The position numbers were made by a program, and so were the translations under genes. The notes under the pieces are model-generated. The model saw nothing but the letters and a program-made list of their open reading frames with translations, was not told the origin of the DNA and searched no databases. A stretch of DNA of 64,000 nucleotides from Planctomycetaceae bacterium (GTDB lineage Bacteria; Planctomycetota; Planctomycetia; Pirellulales; Thermoguttaceae): NCBI GenBank assembly GCA_021372555.1, contig JAJFUI010000062.1, forward strand, positions 157 to 64,156. The letters run 5' to 3'. Of the stretch, positions 1 to 9,874 are shown one piece after another (the first letter of the stretch is position 1; every line of letters starts with the position of its first letter).

Positions 1-806
1 TCCTTGCACTGACGGCGGTAGTCGAGGCTCCATTTGCCTTGCTTGCTCTGATGGCGGTGCAGCCAGTTTAGAGCCGCGCCAACTGCCCGCTCGGAGGCTT
101 GCGTGCCGCCCCAAGCGCCGACCAGGGCGTCGCGGTGCCCCTTGCCGCGGCTGCCGAAACCGAGTCCATTGCCGCCAGAGCCGGCCGAGTCGCCAGTGCC
201 AAGGCCGACACCGACGCCGCCTAGTCCGCCGGGCCCAGGCCGGCCGTGGACGCTGAAGCCACCCAGTCCGCCAAGCTTCGGGCCCTGCAATTCCGTGGCG
301 CGACCGCCGCCGGCGTCCTCAAACTGGGGCGAATCGTCGAAGTATTTCGCCGTTTGACCGGCCGTTGGGTTGGCCCGGGTTCGGCCCAGCGTTTCCGCGT
401 CCAATCTCGTCGGATCCAACGGGGCATCGCCGACTTCAAATCGGGCGATGTCCGCCTGCGAAGCCCCGTCCGTGTGCGGAGCCTCGAACGATGGGGCCGC
501 GTCGGAGCCCAGCCATTCAGAAACGCGTGGGGCGTTGAGCGAAATCATCGCCAGAGCAAACAGGCCCACGGCATGTACCGCCGCGCTGGTCAGGTACCAG
601 TAGCCGTCTTCACGGCACCAGTCGGCAATGCGGGAACCGACGACGCGGGCAGTTGAGCAAATGGCGCCGAGTTTTGTGCGCGGGGTGGCGGTGGTTGTAT
701 CATTCGCGTCCACGGGGACAGTCCCATTTTCGCTGAGACGAAAAAGGGGACGTGCCCCACCCGGCGAATCATTCAATGGCGGCGGCGCGGAGGACATCCA
801 ACACAT
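1..806 (-). CDS. Partial CDS (N-terminal part; continues off the left edge): membrane-anchored Gly-rich envelope protein of unknown function
   Basis: Absent from the ORF track because it has no stop in the window. Manual minus-strand translation is open from an in-frame TGA at 840-842 down to base 1. First ATG at 806, second at 797. Reads MCWMSSAPPPLNDS..., then one TM helix (YWYLTSAAVHAVGLFALAMISL), then a Gly-rich stretch (GGLGGFSVHGRPGPGGLGGVGVGLGTGDSAGSGGNGLGFG), then ERAVGAALNWLHRHQSKQGKWSLDY. That last motif resembles prenyltransferase/squalene-cyclase-type repeats. The plus-strand ORFs listed over 103-1023 are antisense to it. Confidence 0.55.
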   Translation of the reverse strand, partial: MCWMSSAPPPLNDSPGGARPLFRLSENGTVPVDANDTTTATPRTKLGAICSTARVVGSRIADWCREDGYWYLTSAAVHAVGLFALAMISLNAPRVSEWLGSDAAPSFEAPHTDGASQADIARFEVGDAPLDPTRLDAETLGRTRANPTAGQTAKYFDDSPQFEDAGGGRATELQGPKLGGLGGFSVHGRPGPGGLGGVGVGLGTGDSAGSGGNGLGFGSRGKGHRDALVGAWGGTQASERAVGAALNWLHRHQSKQGKWSLDYRRQCK

Positions 807-1074
807 CCCCAAAGCGGGACGAGGCTCATCGTGCGATGGTCACGGACACAGTACTATTGTAGCCCCTGAAAATTTGGCCCGCAAAAGTGGGGATCGCGGG
901 GCGTGCGACGCATCGCACCGCGGCCGCGCTAGGCGCTATCCGAATATTCGGAACATTGATACGCCGCAAGCGCGGTCGCGGTTTCGGGCGTTGACGCCGG
1001 TAATGAGCGTGGTTAAGGTGTAACGCTGGTTCGGTCAGGATTAGTGGCACACCACGCTTAGGCATTCCGCGAAT

Positions 1075-2193
1075 ATGGCGATTTCTTTTCGTCGGCTGCA
1101 CACGGATGGCGGCACTCACGCCCGACGGTCGGTGCTTTCCACGCCGCACGGCGAGGTGCAGTTGCCGGCGTTTATGGCCGTGGGAACGCTGGCGAGCGTG
1201 AAAGGTCTGGAAATTGATCAGCTTCGCGCCACCGGCGCGGAGATGATTCTCGGCAATACGTACCATCTCTCGCTCCGGCCCGGCGAAGAAACGGTTGCCG
1301 CGCTGGGGGGGCTGCACAAGTTCATGGGCTGGCCGGGACCGATCCTGACCGACAGCGGCGGATTTCAACTGTTCAGCTTGGCCCACCGTGTGGAGATCAC
1401 CGAGACGGAGGCCGTTTTCCGTTCGCACATCGATGGCCACCTGGTGGCGATTTCTCCAGAGCGGGCGGTGGCCATTCAAGAGGCGCTCGGCAGCGACGTG
1501 GCAATGGCACTCGATCACGTGGTCGGGCTGCCGAATGAGCCGGCTGTCATCCGGGATGCCACGGAGCGTTCCGTGCGTTGGGCGCGGCGGTGCCAGGACG
1601 CGGCAACACGGTCTGACCAGTCACTGTTTGCCATTGTGCAGGGCGGGCTCGACCCCGAGCTTCGTGTGTGGTGCGCCCGCCAACTGCGGGAGTTGGATTT
1701 TGCAGGCTATGCGATCGGCGGGCTTTCGGTCGGTGAAGAGCAGGCCGAAATGCTGCGGATGCTGGAAGCGACGGTGCCGGAGTTGCCGGTGGATCGGCCT
1801 CGCTATCTGATGGGCGTCGGCCGTCCGGAGGACCTGCTGGAATCCATTGCACGAGGTGTGGACATGTTCGATTGCGTCATGCCGACGCGGAACGGCCGCA
1901 ATGCGATGGCGTTTACCGACGAAGGTCCGATGCGGCTGCGAAATCTGAAGTTTGAACGAGACGAACGGCCGTTGGAAGACGGTTGTCCTTGTGCGGCGTG
2001 TCGGCGGAGCCGGGGATACCTTCGCCATTTGTTCATGGCCGGCGAAATGCTGGGGCCGACGCTCCTGTCGATCCACAATCTGACTTATTATCAGCGGTTG
2101 ATGGCCGGCGCCCGCAAAGCGATCGAACAGGATCGGTTCGACGAGTATCGGCAAGAAAAGTTGCGCGGCTGGCAGCATTCGCCGGCTGGCTGA
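1075..2193 (+). CDS. tgt: Queuine tRNA-ribosyltransferase (tRNA-guanine transglycosylase)
   Basis: 372-aa ORF with the TGT motif series: [20 protein letters not shown], and the zinc site CPCAAC...YLRHL (CxCxxC...H). Confidence 0.93.
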   Translation: MAISFRRLHTDGGTHARRSVLSTPHGEVQLPAFMAVGTLASVKGLEIDQLRATGAEMILGNTYHLSLRPGEETVAALGGLHKFMGWPGPILTDSGGFQLFSLAHRVEITETEAVFRSHIDGHLVAISPERAVAIQEALGSDVAMALDHVVGLPNEPAVIRDATERSVRWARRCQDAATRSDQSLFAIVQGGLDPELRVWCARQLRELDFAGYAIGGLSVGEEQAEMLRMLEATVPELPVDRPRYLMGVGRPEDLLESIARGVDMFDCVMPTRNGRNAMAFTDEGPMRLRNLKFERDERPLEDGCPCAACRRSRGYLRHLFMAGEMLGPTLLSIHNLTYYQRLMAGARKAIEQDRFDEYRQEKLRGWQHSPAG

Positions 2194-2235
2194 TTCCCAC
2201 GCCGTCAGCCAGATTCTTCGTCGGTCGTCAGAGCG

Positions 2236-3654
2236 TCAATTTTCTGACGGCCCACCGATCTTGACGGCGGAAATGGTGACTGTGCGAGTGTCGGTTGGAA
2301 CCAAGGCGTGTTCGCCGTCCTGGAGCAGCCGGAGCAGGACGAAATCCCTGCCAACAACTGCCTTCGCCGCGTCGTTGTCGAGCACCTTCGCGTCCCTGAT
2401 TCGGAACGGCAGCAGCGCGCCGGCCGGCTCTGTGGGCGCGCATTCGCGGCGGGCCGTGATTGCAAACCTGATGGTGACCTTTCCGTCGCCGGCATCTTCG
2501 ATAGAAAGCTTCTGGTCGTAGTTGGGATCGGTAACGGGCTTCATCCGCGCCTGCCACGCAGGATCGCCATAGAGTACGGTCGAATCTCGGTCGGAAGTCA
2601 GGTAGAACTTCGTTTTCTCGTTCGTTGCCTCGGTGAGCCGGGCGATCACGTCTTGACGAAACAGATGCACGGACTCCGAAAACGTGAACCGGCCCTGCTG
2701 GGTGAAAAAGTAGTTGCCGACCTCCCACGCCCAGCAACAGCGGTATTGCGGAACGACGTGGCCAAAGAACTGGTTGACGCCGCCGCTGTGCATCCAGGCC
2801 AGCGACATGCAGTCCATGTCCGAAATGTGGGCGATCAGGCAATTGCCCGGTGAGTAATAGATTTTGGAATTCGGTGAACAGATCGCGATTTTTTCTGTCT
2901 TCGTCGTTCGGCCAAAGAGCTTGCCCTGCTTCGAGATGAAATGGCCGTTGGGATAGGTGAAGCCAAGCTGCCAATCGTGTTCACGTGCATGGCCGCTGGA
3001 AGACATGATGTGGCACGTGCCACGGTTGAGTTCGGCGACAATCTCCGGCACGGTGTCGTCGGGGCCCTTAACCTCGCGCACGTCCTCCCCCGCCGCTTTG
3101 GTGTACTTGTGGTTCTTTTGCACCTCGCTCCAGGACACCCCCTCGTCGAACCAACGAAGCCAGCCGTCGGTGACGTGCGAGACGCCGCGAGAGACGACCA
3201 GCGGCTGGGCCGTCACCATGCGAAGAGCGTCGTCGGGAGTGTAGCCAGTCAGGATCGCCCAAATGGCATCGACGTAGGGGTCCGGATCAATCTCGCGCAT
3301 GAACCTGGCCGCGCGCTGGACGAAGTCTCGGCCAGCTTCGCTCGGTTGCGCCACGAAACAGACGTAGTGAGGGGCATAGGAGGCAATCGCGTCTTTGGTT
3401 GCCTCGATCTTGGGATAGTCGAAGACAAAGAGACGCGCTTGGTATTTTTTCTGCAGCGAGCCGACGACACGTTTCCACGCCGCGTCCGCAAATGTCTTCT
3501 TGCTAACAACGATGGCATAACTGCCTTCGGGCGCGGGGCCCGTTCGCGTCATCGCGGTGGTGGCCGCAGGCGCCGCCGGCGTTTCCAGAGTAGTCGCGGC
3601 GAGGTGCGAAGTGCACGAAAGTAATATTGCCAGGGAAACGAGCGACTTCATCAT
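2236..3654 (-). CDS. Secreted hypothetical protein, possible clan-CD (gingipain/caspase-like) cysteine peptidase fold
   Basis: Start moved to the internal MMKSLVSLAILLSCTSHLAATT signal peptide (ATG 3654 or 3651). An ordered SSSGHA (His-Gly/Ala) ... SPGNCLIA (Asn-Cys) pair resembles the His/Cys dyad of clan CD peptidases. No other recognisable family motif. Confidence 0.6.
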   Translation of the reverse strand: MMKSLVSLAILLSCTSHLAATTLETPAAPAATTAMTRTGPAPEGSYAIVVSKKTFADAAWKRVVGSLQKKYQARLFVFDYPKIEATKDAIASYAPHYVCFVAQPSEAGRDFVQRAARFMREIDPDPYVDAIWAILTGYTPDDALRMVTAQPLVVSRGVSHVTDGWLRWFDEGVSWSEVQKNHKYTKAAGEDVREVKGPDDTVPEIVAELNRGTCHIMSSSGHAREHDWQLGFTYPNGHFISKQGKLFGRTTKTEKIAICSPNSKIYYSPGNCLIAHISDMDCMSLAWMHSGGVNQFFGHVVPQYRCCWAWEVGNYFFTQQGRFTFSESVHLFRQDVIARLTEATNEKTKFYLTSDRDSTVLYGDPAWQARMKPVTDPNYDQKLSIEDAGDGKVTIRFAITARRECAPTEPAGALLPFRIRDAKVLDNDAAKAVVGRDFVLLRLLQDGEHALVPTDTRTVTISAVKIGGPSEN

Positions 3655-3760
3655 GGTCAACCGGGGTAAGTGCGTGACGATCGCTGTGGGCCGAGACTTG
3701 CCCAGCAGCGTTCGCGGAATGGGACGTGAAGGTCCCCGTACTTTGCCACAACCGACGTCG

Positions 3761-4513
3761 TTAGGCAAGGGGCGGCCGTTCAATGGCGCGCGTTGGCGTT
3801 GCCGAGTCCTTGCTTGGCAACGAGACCGGCTTGCGTCTCCAGTGCTGCCGCTCCCATCGCTCGAACCAGGTGGGCAGGCGACCGACGTTCAGCAACAGCG
3901 TTGACACCAAGCAGCCAATGGCCGCGCCTACCAGGACATCGCTCGCGTAGTGTGCCCCGGCCGCGATCCGTTGGCATCCGACGAGCACGGCAAGCACGAT
4001 GAAGAGGCGGCGGCCCTGCGGATAGAGCCAAATGAGCGCGGCGGCAAGCCCGATCGCTGTGGCGGTGTGCGCCGACGGAAAGCTTTGCGACTTGCTTCCG
4101 ACACCGAAGATTGGCCACCAGTCGCCGAACGTCTCCCAGACCTGGCCAGCGAACGGGAATTGTAGACCGTAGGGCCGACATCGGATGATCGTCAGCTTGA
4201 CGAAATCGGCCGCGAGTCCCGAGCCCAGTGCGCAAGCGAGGACGCGGGGAATAGCCCAGCGACGGTTTCGATCAAGTTGATGCAGAACGATCACGACCAC
4301 GACGATGCCTAGGCCGTGCCCGAAGGGTTCGAAGATGTTTAGGGCGTTGAGGCAGGCTAGGCAGGCTTTTGTCCAGACGCCGGGATCCAGTTCGTGCTTC
4401 ATCCCCTGAACAGCCGTGGCGATCGGTACGTCGGCGCAAAGGGCGGCAATGGCGGCCAGCAAGAGGAAGGCTGCCAAGAACAAGCCGCGGCGGTTCGGAC
4501 GGGGGTTGCTCAT
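3761..4513 (-). CDS. PAP2-family (type 2 phosphatidic acid / undecaprenyl-PP type) membrane phosphatase
   Basis: All three PAP2 motifs are present: KLTIIRCRP (Kx6RP), FPSAHT (PSGH variant), RIAAGAHYASD (Rx5Hx3D). Multi-TM. Start set at internal MSNPRPNRRGLFLAAFLLLAA (ATG 4513); the ORF extends to 4609. Confidence 0.85.
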   Translation of the reverse strand: MSNPRPNRRGLFLAAFLLLAAIAALCADVPIATAVQGMKHELDPGVWTKACLACLNALNIFEPFGHGLGIVVVVIVLHQLDRNRRWAIPRVLACALGSGLAADFVKLTIIRCRPYGLQFPFAGQVWETFGDWWPIFGVGSKSQSFPSAHTATAIGLAAALIWLYPQGRRLFIVLAVLVGCQRIAAGAHYASDVLVGAAIGCLVSTLLLNVGRLPTWFERWERQHWRRKPVSLPSKDSATPTRAIERPPLA

Positions 4514-4645
4514 GCGGGTGAACTGGCGTTGGCTGGGGCCGGCGGATTGTTTAGAGTGTGCATAAACGTTCCCGGGGGTGATGTCAAGATCGCTATCCCG
4601 CCACACCAAGATCGCACTTCCGACTATCCGCGCTGATTGGATCGA

Positions 4646-6424
4646 ATGACCGAGATAATCGTGCCGACGCAGAGTCGCTTCCGGGCTGCGGTATGCCAGT
4701 TGATTATCGTTGCCACGGCCTGCATTATCTTTCTGCCCAGCCTCGGCGCCACGCGGCTCTGGGATATGGACGAGGCGCTATATTCCACGGTGGCACGCGA
4801 GATGTTTCAACGCGGCAACTGGATCGTGCCATGGTTCAACGGAGAGTTGTTTCCCGAAAAGCCGCCCTTAATGTTCTGGACTATGATGGCAGGCTTTCCG
4901 CTTTTCGGGGTCACCGAGTTTGGCGTCCGGTTCTTTTCGGTCCTGGCCGGTGTCGGAACCGCCTTGGTCACCTATCATCTTGGGCGGATTCTGTTTAGCT
5001 CGCGGGTCGGGTTGTGGGCGGCAATTGTCACCAGTTCAACGCTTGTCTTTACGATCTCTGCCCGCGCCGCCACGGTCGACGCATCGCTCGCCCTGGTTAC
5101 GGCGACGGCCATGCTGCTTTTTGTGCTTGGCCGACAGGATCCCGGCGAAACGGAGGGACGCAAATCGCTGCGGTGGGCGTATGCGGTTCCAATGTACGCT
5201 TGTCTCGGCGTGGCTGTGTTGGGCAAGGGGCCGGTCGGAATGTTGCTGCCGATCGCGGCGATGGGCCTTTATTTGTGGATAACAAACGGCTGGCGAAGCC
5301 TTTTTCGGTCGGCGTGGCAAATGCGTCCAATTACCGCGATGGTCGTTATCGCCGCCGTGGCTTTGCCGTGGTTCATCGAGGTCGGCCGTGAGACACATGG
5401 TGAATGGCCGCGAAGATTCCTTTTGGACTTCAACCTGCGCCCATTCCGCCAGCCAATTCAGAATCACGGCGCCTTTGCTTCAATTTTGGTCGCCGTTCTC
5501 TATTACTTCTACCATGTGCCGGGCGTGCTATTTGGTTTCTTCCCCTGGTCGGTGTTCCTGGGGCCGACGCTGGTCGAGACGGTTCGGCGTCTTCGATCGG
5601 AGAAAGCCGCAGCAGGGGATGCGAACCGGCGATGGCGTGACGGATGCGTTTTCGCCTCGTGCTGGTTCGGCGTTTGGTTTGTCTTTTGGTCGCTGTGCAA
5701 GACAAAGTTGCCGCATTACCTGCTGCCGGCGTATCCGGCGCTCGGGCTGCTCGTCGCCTGTTGGATTGACCGCTGGGTAGGCGAATTGGGTGGCGACGTT
5801 CCGCGGTGGGGCCCCCGCAACGCCTGGATTGCGACGATTCTGGCGGGCGTCGGAATCGCAGTCGCTGTGCCCATCATTGCTGTGTATCTCTTGCCTGGCG
5901 AGGCTTGGATCGGACTTGTCGGGTTGATTTTGGTGCTTGGCGGTGGCCTGTGCTGGTGGGAAAGCGTTCACGATCGCCGGCAACGGGCTGTCAGGCTCTT
6001 CGCGGCCACGACCGTGGCCTTTTTGACCGCTGCATTCGGGTTTGCCGCCCTGGGGGTGGATCGCCACCAGAACGCAAGGCCGATGATCGAAGCCATCCAC
6101 GCCGATTGGGGAACCAGTTCGGGATCGCCGCCAATCGCCACGTATGGGCCCTTCCGAGAAAGCACCGTCTTTTACGCGGGGTATCCCGTGACGCGGTGCC
6201 GGGATGATGGCGACAAACAGCAGTCCGCGCGACAGATGCTCGACGAGTTCGTCGCTACGCACGGCCAGTGCTATATCGTCACCAGCGAAGAGGGTTGCCG
6301 GGAGCTGACCGGCGGGCAACACGGCGTGTATCGCGAGGTGTTCCGACAACAGCGGTTTTTCCAGTCAAAGTCGCGGGAAGTTGTCGTTCTCCGGGCCGGT
6401 CGAAGTCGGGCTGGCAAAAACTGA
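4646..6424 (+). CDS. ArnT/PMT-like GT-C glycosyltransferase (polyprenyl-phosphate-sugar dependent, GT39/GT83-like)
   Basis: About 590 aa and polytopic. The first periplasmic loop has WDMDEALYSTVAREM...FPEKPPLMFW, typical of ArnT/dolichyl-phosphate-mannose transferase families. ATG at 4646; TTG at 4637 is also possible. Divergent from the PAP2 gene. Confidence 0.8.
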   Translation: MTEIIVPTQSRFRAAVCQLIIVATACIIFLPSLGATRLWDMDEALYSTVAREMFQRGNWIVPWFNGELFPEKPPLMFWTMMAGFPLFGVTEFGVRFFSVLAGVGTALVTYHLGRILFSSRVGLWAAIVTSSTLVFTISARAATVDASLALVTATAMLLFVLGRQDPGETEGRKSLRWAYAVPMYACLGVAVLGKGPVGMLLPIAAMGLYLWITNGWRSLFRSAWQMRPITAMVVIAAVALPWFIEVGRETHGEWPRRFLLDFNLRPFRQPIQNHGAFASILVAVLYYFYHVPGVLFGFFPWSVFLGPTLVETVRRLRSEKAAAGDANRRWRDGCVFASCWFGVWFVFWSLCKTKLPHYLLPAYPALGLLVACWIDRWVGELGGDVPRWGPRNAWIATILAGVGIAVAVPIIAVYLLPGEAWIGLVGLILVLGGGLCWWESVHDRRQRAVRLFAATTVAFLTAAFGFAALGVDRHQNARPMIEAIHADWGTSSGSPPIATYGPFRESTVFYAGYPVTRCRDDGDKQQSARQMLDEFVATHGQCYIVTSEEGCRELTGGQHGVYREVFRQQRFFQSKSREVVVLRAGRSRAGKN

Positions 6425-6510
6425 CGTTGTCGGTCCAACTGCGGAATTGGTATTATCTCGCTGTCTTGCGGCATGCATTTGTTCGCTTGGGTTAATCGAG
6501 GCCTTCGGTC

Positions 6511-7104
6511 ATGCAATCGTCGTTAGCCGTCACAGCTAGGGCAATTATCATGTTGGCCTGTGTGGTTGGCATTCCGGCCTTGGCCGTCTCCGGCGCGTCG
6601 TGGCCCGACATTCTGAAAAAGTTCCAAGATTTCCGCCTGCCTGCCTTCCTAAACGCGAAACTAGATACGCCCGTCGCCTTGGCCGATGCGCCGCCGTTCA
6701 AGCCGAACCGTTCCGTGAGCGGGCAAGTCGCCGCCGCGACAGATCAGCCGCAGTCGCCGAATGTTGCGATCCAACCGCCGGCCGGAGCGGCAAGTGATAC
6801 GCTTGTCGGGGCCGCCGATTTGCAGGTTGCGCCAACGGATCTTCGGAATATCCAGCAGCGGCTGCGGGGGCTCGGCGCCACGTACTATCTTCTGGAATCC
6901 TGGGGCAGCGACCAGCAGCTCTACCGCTTTTACTGTAAAGTGGCCGTGGGTGGAAACGCTGATTACACCCATTGGTTTGAGGCAATTCATGCGGATCCGC
7001 TGGAAGCGATGCGGCAAGTGTTGCGGCGAGTGGAGACTTGGCGCGGTGGACTAAGCATGAGTGTGGGCCGAAGCGGATCGGAGAGAGGCCCCCTGCTTCA
7101 ATAG
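6511..7104 (+). CDS. Hypothetical signal-anchored protein
   Basis: 197-aa ORF with an N-terminal hydrophobic segment (AIIMLACVVGIPALAVSGA) and coding-like GC3-rich codon usage. No family motif recognised. Confidence 0.5.
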   Translation: MQSSLAVTARAIIMLACVVGIPALAVSGASWPDILKKFQDFRLPAFLNAKLDTPVALADAPPFKPNRSVSGQVAAATDQPQSPNVAIQPPAGAASDTLVGAADLQVAPTDLRNIQQRLRGLGATYYLLESWGSDQQLYRFYCKVAVGGNADYTHWFEAIHADPLEAMRQVLRRVETWRGGLSMSVGRSGSERGPLLQ

Positions 7105-7399
7105 ACGCCATCGACAGCACATCGGACAAACGTGCTTCCCAAGTGCATGCGCCGTTTGTGCTGCTGTCTCTAATAAGCTCTTGTCAAAAATTGCGTCCCG
7201 TGCGTAGGCTGACGATATGAAGTCGGGCGTGCCGAGCCTTGGTAGCCGGTTGGCGAGCGTTGCACTGCGCTACCGGTATGCTTGCGAGCGGCCCGACCCG
7301 CGGATGCCACTCCGACCGGTGTCCAGAGCTCCCCAGGGTCTACTTGGGTCGAAAGATAAATGCGTCCGTAGGGTGGTGGATGAACCAGCCACGCGACGT

Positions 7400-8407
7400 A
7401 TGGCGAGTCTTGAAGCTCTGCTTTTTCTTTCGCGACAGCCACTAACGAGCCGAAAACTAGCCCAGTTGGCCGGCTTGGCGGACGGTACCAAAGCGCGTAC
7501 ACTAGTCCGAACCCTGAACCGGCGGTACGATGCCGAAGGGAACGCGTTTCGTGTAGAGGAGGTGGCGGGAGGTTACCAGTTGAGGACCCGAGCGAAGTTC
7601 GCTCCGTGGTTGCGGCGGTTTCATGCTGTCCCGGTGGAAACGCGATTGTCGCCGGCGCTTTTGGAGACTTTGGCCGTGGTTGCCTACCGGCAGCCAGTGG
7701 TCAGGGCCGAGATCGACGCGATTCGCGGGGTCCAATCGGGTGAGGTCCTGCGGCAGCTTATTGATCGCGAACTAGTTCGAATCGCCGGACGCTCGGACGA
7801 ACTCGGTCGGCCTTTCCTGTACGGAACTACCAAGCAGTTTTTGCAGGTATTTGGCCTGCGACATCTTGATGAGCTTCCGAGGGCTGAATTCCTGCGAACG
7901 CCAGAACACGCACCAAAGAACGGCAACACGATCGATTGCAGTAACTTGAACCTGTTCAACCCAGCAGCTGAAGAGGAGGATACCGTGAAGACTCTCATTC
8001 CCACTAACCCGCGACATGTCATGGCCGAGGATGATCGTCGCGACGGCATCGTCCTGCCGCCGTACGACGATCAGCCAGGCAATCAGAACGCCTACGCTCA
8101 ACGCGAGGACGAAGATAGCGACGACGAAGAGGAGGAAGAGGAGGAGTTCGAGGACGAAGAGGATTTCGACGACGACGATTTCGATGAGGACGAAGACGAG
8201 GAAGAGGAAGAGGAAGACGAGGACGACGAGGAAGAGACCTGGGAGGAGGTAGAAGAGGAGGACGAAGAGGAAGAGGAGGACGAGGACTGGGACGAGGACT
8301 GGGAGGACGAAGACTGGGACGAGGACGAAGAGGACGAGGATGAAGATGAGGATGAAGAAGACGAGGACTGGGAAGAGGAGGAGGGGGAGGACGAGGGCAA
8401 GGAGTAA
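7400..8407 (+). CDS. scpB: Segregation and condensation protein B (SMC-ScpAB kleisin partner) with a long poly-Asp/Glu C-terminal tail
   Basis: Typical ScpB double winged-helix sequence: EALLFLSRQPLTSRKLAQL...GYQLRTRAKF...LSPALLETLAVVAYRQPVVRAEIDAIRGV...GRPFLYGTTKQFLQVFGL. Start set at MASLEALLF (ATG 7400); the ORF opens at 7217. The last ~105 residues are almost pure D/E with interspersed W/F. Confidence 0.85.
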   Translation: MASLEALLFLSRQPLTSRKLAQLAGLADGTKARTLVRTLNRRYDAEGNAFRVEEVAGGYQLRTRAKFAPWLRRFHAVPVETRLSPALLETLAVVAYRQPVVRAEIDAIRGVQSGEVLRQLIDRELVRIAGRSDELGRPFLYGTTKQFLQVFGLRHLDELPRAEFLRTPEHAPKNGNTIDCSNLNLFNPAAEEEDTVKTLIPTNPRHVMAEDDRRDGIVLPPYDDQPGNQNAYAQREDEDSDDEEEEEEEFEDEEDFDDDDFDEDEDEEEEEEDEDDEEETWEEVEEEDEEEEEDEDWDEDWEDEDWDEDEEDEDEDEDEEDEDWEEEEGEDEGKE

Positions 8408-8495
8408 CGCGTGCTATTCAAGGAGCGGCGGCTCGCGTGCCTGGGGTATAACCGACATCGCCGCACAGTGCTGCTGGGTTTTGAGCGGCGACGTT

Positions 8496-8528
8496 GCCGT
8501 CCTATCGCCTCCTGAGCGATAGGACGGC
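8496..8528. terminator. Perfect 13-bp-stem hairpin between convergent scpB and xylA (candidate bidirectional terminator)
   Basis: GCCGTCCTATCGC (8496-8508), loop CTCCTGA, GCGATAGGACGGC (8516-8528). Lies between the two stop codons. No strong U-tract. Confidence 0.5.
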
Positions 8529-8560
8529 CGTCGATGGCCGAGTAGCGTTACGCTCGGGGG

Positions 8561-9874
8561 TTAAAACACGTAACGGTTCACGACGTTCTCAAAGAGTTCC
8601 TGGCGGCCACTCTCATTCGCCGTGATGTCGCCTTTGGCGAGCATGTACTTTTCCAGCGACTCGAAGGTGTGGTGTTTCGCCTCGATTTCGGCCCCGACTC
8701 CGCTATCCCAGGAACCGTAGCGGTCTTTGACCATCTTGGCCAGTTGCCCGTCGGCGCGTATCGCAGCCGCAATCTTCAGCCCCTTCGCGAACGCGTCCAT
8801 GCCGCCGATGTGCGCGTGGAACAGGTCGATCGGTTCGAAGCTCTCGCGACGCACTTTGGCGTCAAAATTCAGGCCGCCAGTCGTGAAACCGCCATACTTG
8901 AGGACGATCAGCATGACCTTGGTCGTCAGATAAACGTCGGTCGGGAACTGGTCGGTGTCCCAGCCCAGCAGCAGGTCGCCGGTGTTGGCATCCACCGATC
9001 CCAAGAAGCCTTGCGAGCCGGCGTAGTCGAGTTCGTGCTCGACGGCGTGGCCCGCTAGCGTGGCGTGGTTTGTCTCGATGTTCATCTTGACGTGGTCCGC
9101 TAGCCCATAGGCGCGAAGGAAATTGATGCAGGCGGCGGAGTCAAAGTCGTATTGGTGCTTGGTGGGCTCCTTCGGTTTCGGCTCGAAATAGAACTGCCCG
9201 CGGAAGCCGATTTTCTTCGCGTAATCAACGGCCATGTGCATGAAGGCGGCCAGGTGCTCTACTTCCCGCTTCATGTCGGTGTTCCAGAGGCACTGGTAAC
9301 CTTCCCGGCCACCCCAGAAAACATAGCCCTGGCCGTCTAGCTCTTTGGTCACTTCCAGGGCTTTTTTCACCTGCGCGGCAGCGAACGCAAAGGCATCGGC
9401 GTTGCAACTGGTGGCCGCGCCGTGCATGTACCGCGGGTTGCTGAACAGATTGGCGGTGCCCCAGAGAAGCTTGATTCCGGTCCGCTGCTGTTCTTCCTTC
9501 AAAACCTTCGCCACGGCATCCAGGGCTTTGTTCGTCTCGGCCAGCGTCGTGCCCTCGGGCGCAACGTCCCGATCGTGGAAGCAGTAGAACGGGGCGCCCA
9601 GCTTCTCGATGAATTCGAAGGCCACGTGCACGCGATTAACGGCGTTGTCGACCGTGTCAGCCTTGCCTTCCCAGGGCCGAAGCATGGTGCCGGCCCCGAA
9701 TGGGTCGGCGCCGGTGCCTCGCAGCGTGTGCCAGTAAGCGACGCTGAAACGCAAGTGGTCCTTCATCGTCTTGCCGTCGACGAGCTCGGCCTCGTTGTAG
9801 TGGCGAAAGGCCAAGGGGTTTCTTGATTGCGGACCCTCGTAGCGGATCTTGGCGATCTCGGGAAAGGCGGACAT
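8561..9874 (-). CDS. xylA: Xylose isomerase
   Basis: Signatures WGGREG and [16 protein letters not shown], with full-length similarity to class II XylA. ATG at 9874 is preceded by GAGGAG at 5-nt spacing; GTG at 9880 is an alternative. Confidence 0.93.
   Translation of the reverse strand: MSAFPEIAKIRYEGPQSRNPLAFRHYNEAELVDGKTMKDHLRFSVAYWHTLRGTGADPFGAGTMLRPWEGKADTVDNAVNRVHVAFEFIEKLGAPFYCFHDRDVAPEGTTLAETNKALDAVAKVLKEEQQRTGIKLLWGTANLFSNPRYMHGAATSCNADAFAFAAAQVKKALEVTKELDGQGYVFWGGREGYQCLWNTDMKREVEHLAAFMHMAVDYAKKIGFRGQFYFEPKPKEPTKHQYDFDSAACINFLRAYGLADHVKMNIETNHATLAGHAVEHELDYAGSQGFLGSVDANTGDLLLGWDTDQFPTDVYLTTKVMLIVLKYGGFTTGGLNFDAKVRRESFEPIDLFHAHIGGMDAFAKGLKIAAAIRADGQLAKMVKDRYGSWDSGVGAEIEAKHHTFESLEKYMLAKGDITANESGRQELFENVVNRYVF

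Noticed and set aside
103-1023. Several plus-strand ORFs (103-357, 246-656, 370-603, 628-1023) at the left edge
   Set aside because: They are Pro/Arg/Ala-rich GC-frame artefacts antisense to a much more protein-like minus-strand frame (TM helix, Gly-rich linker, WLxxHQ motif) that runs off the window.
826-2178. Minus-strand ORFs (826-1518, 1621-2178 and others) overlapping tgt
   Set aside because: tgt is unambiguous on the plus strand. The antisense ORFs are Arg-rich, have no motifs, and are typical of high-GC shadow frames.
7113-7163. Imperfect inverted repeat (CAGCACA..ACAAACG / CGTTTGTGCTG) after the 6511-7104 gene, considered as a terminator
   Set aside because: The stem needs a 4-nt bulge and an irregular interior. 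It is not convincing enough to call without folding-energy calculation.
8098-8466. 122-aa minus-strand ORF that is almost pure poly-Ser
   Set aside because: It is the antisense reading of the GAG/GAC/GAA tract encoding the ScpB acidic tail. It has no independent start context and is a low-complexity artefact.
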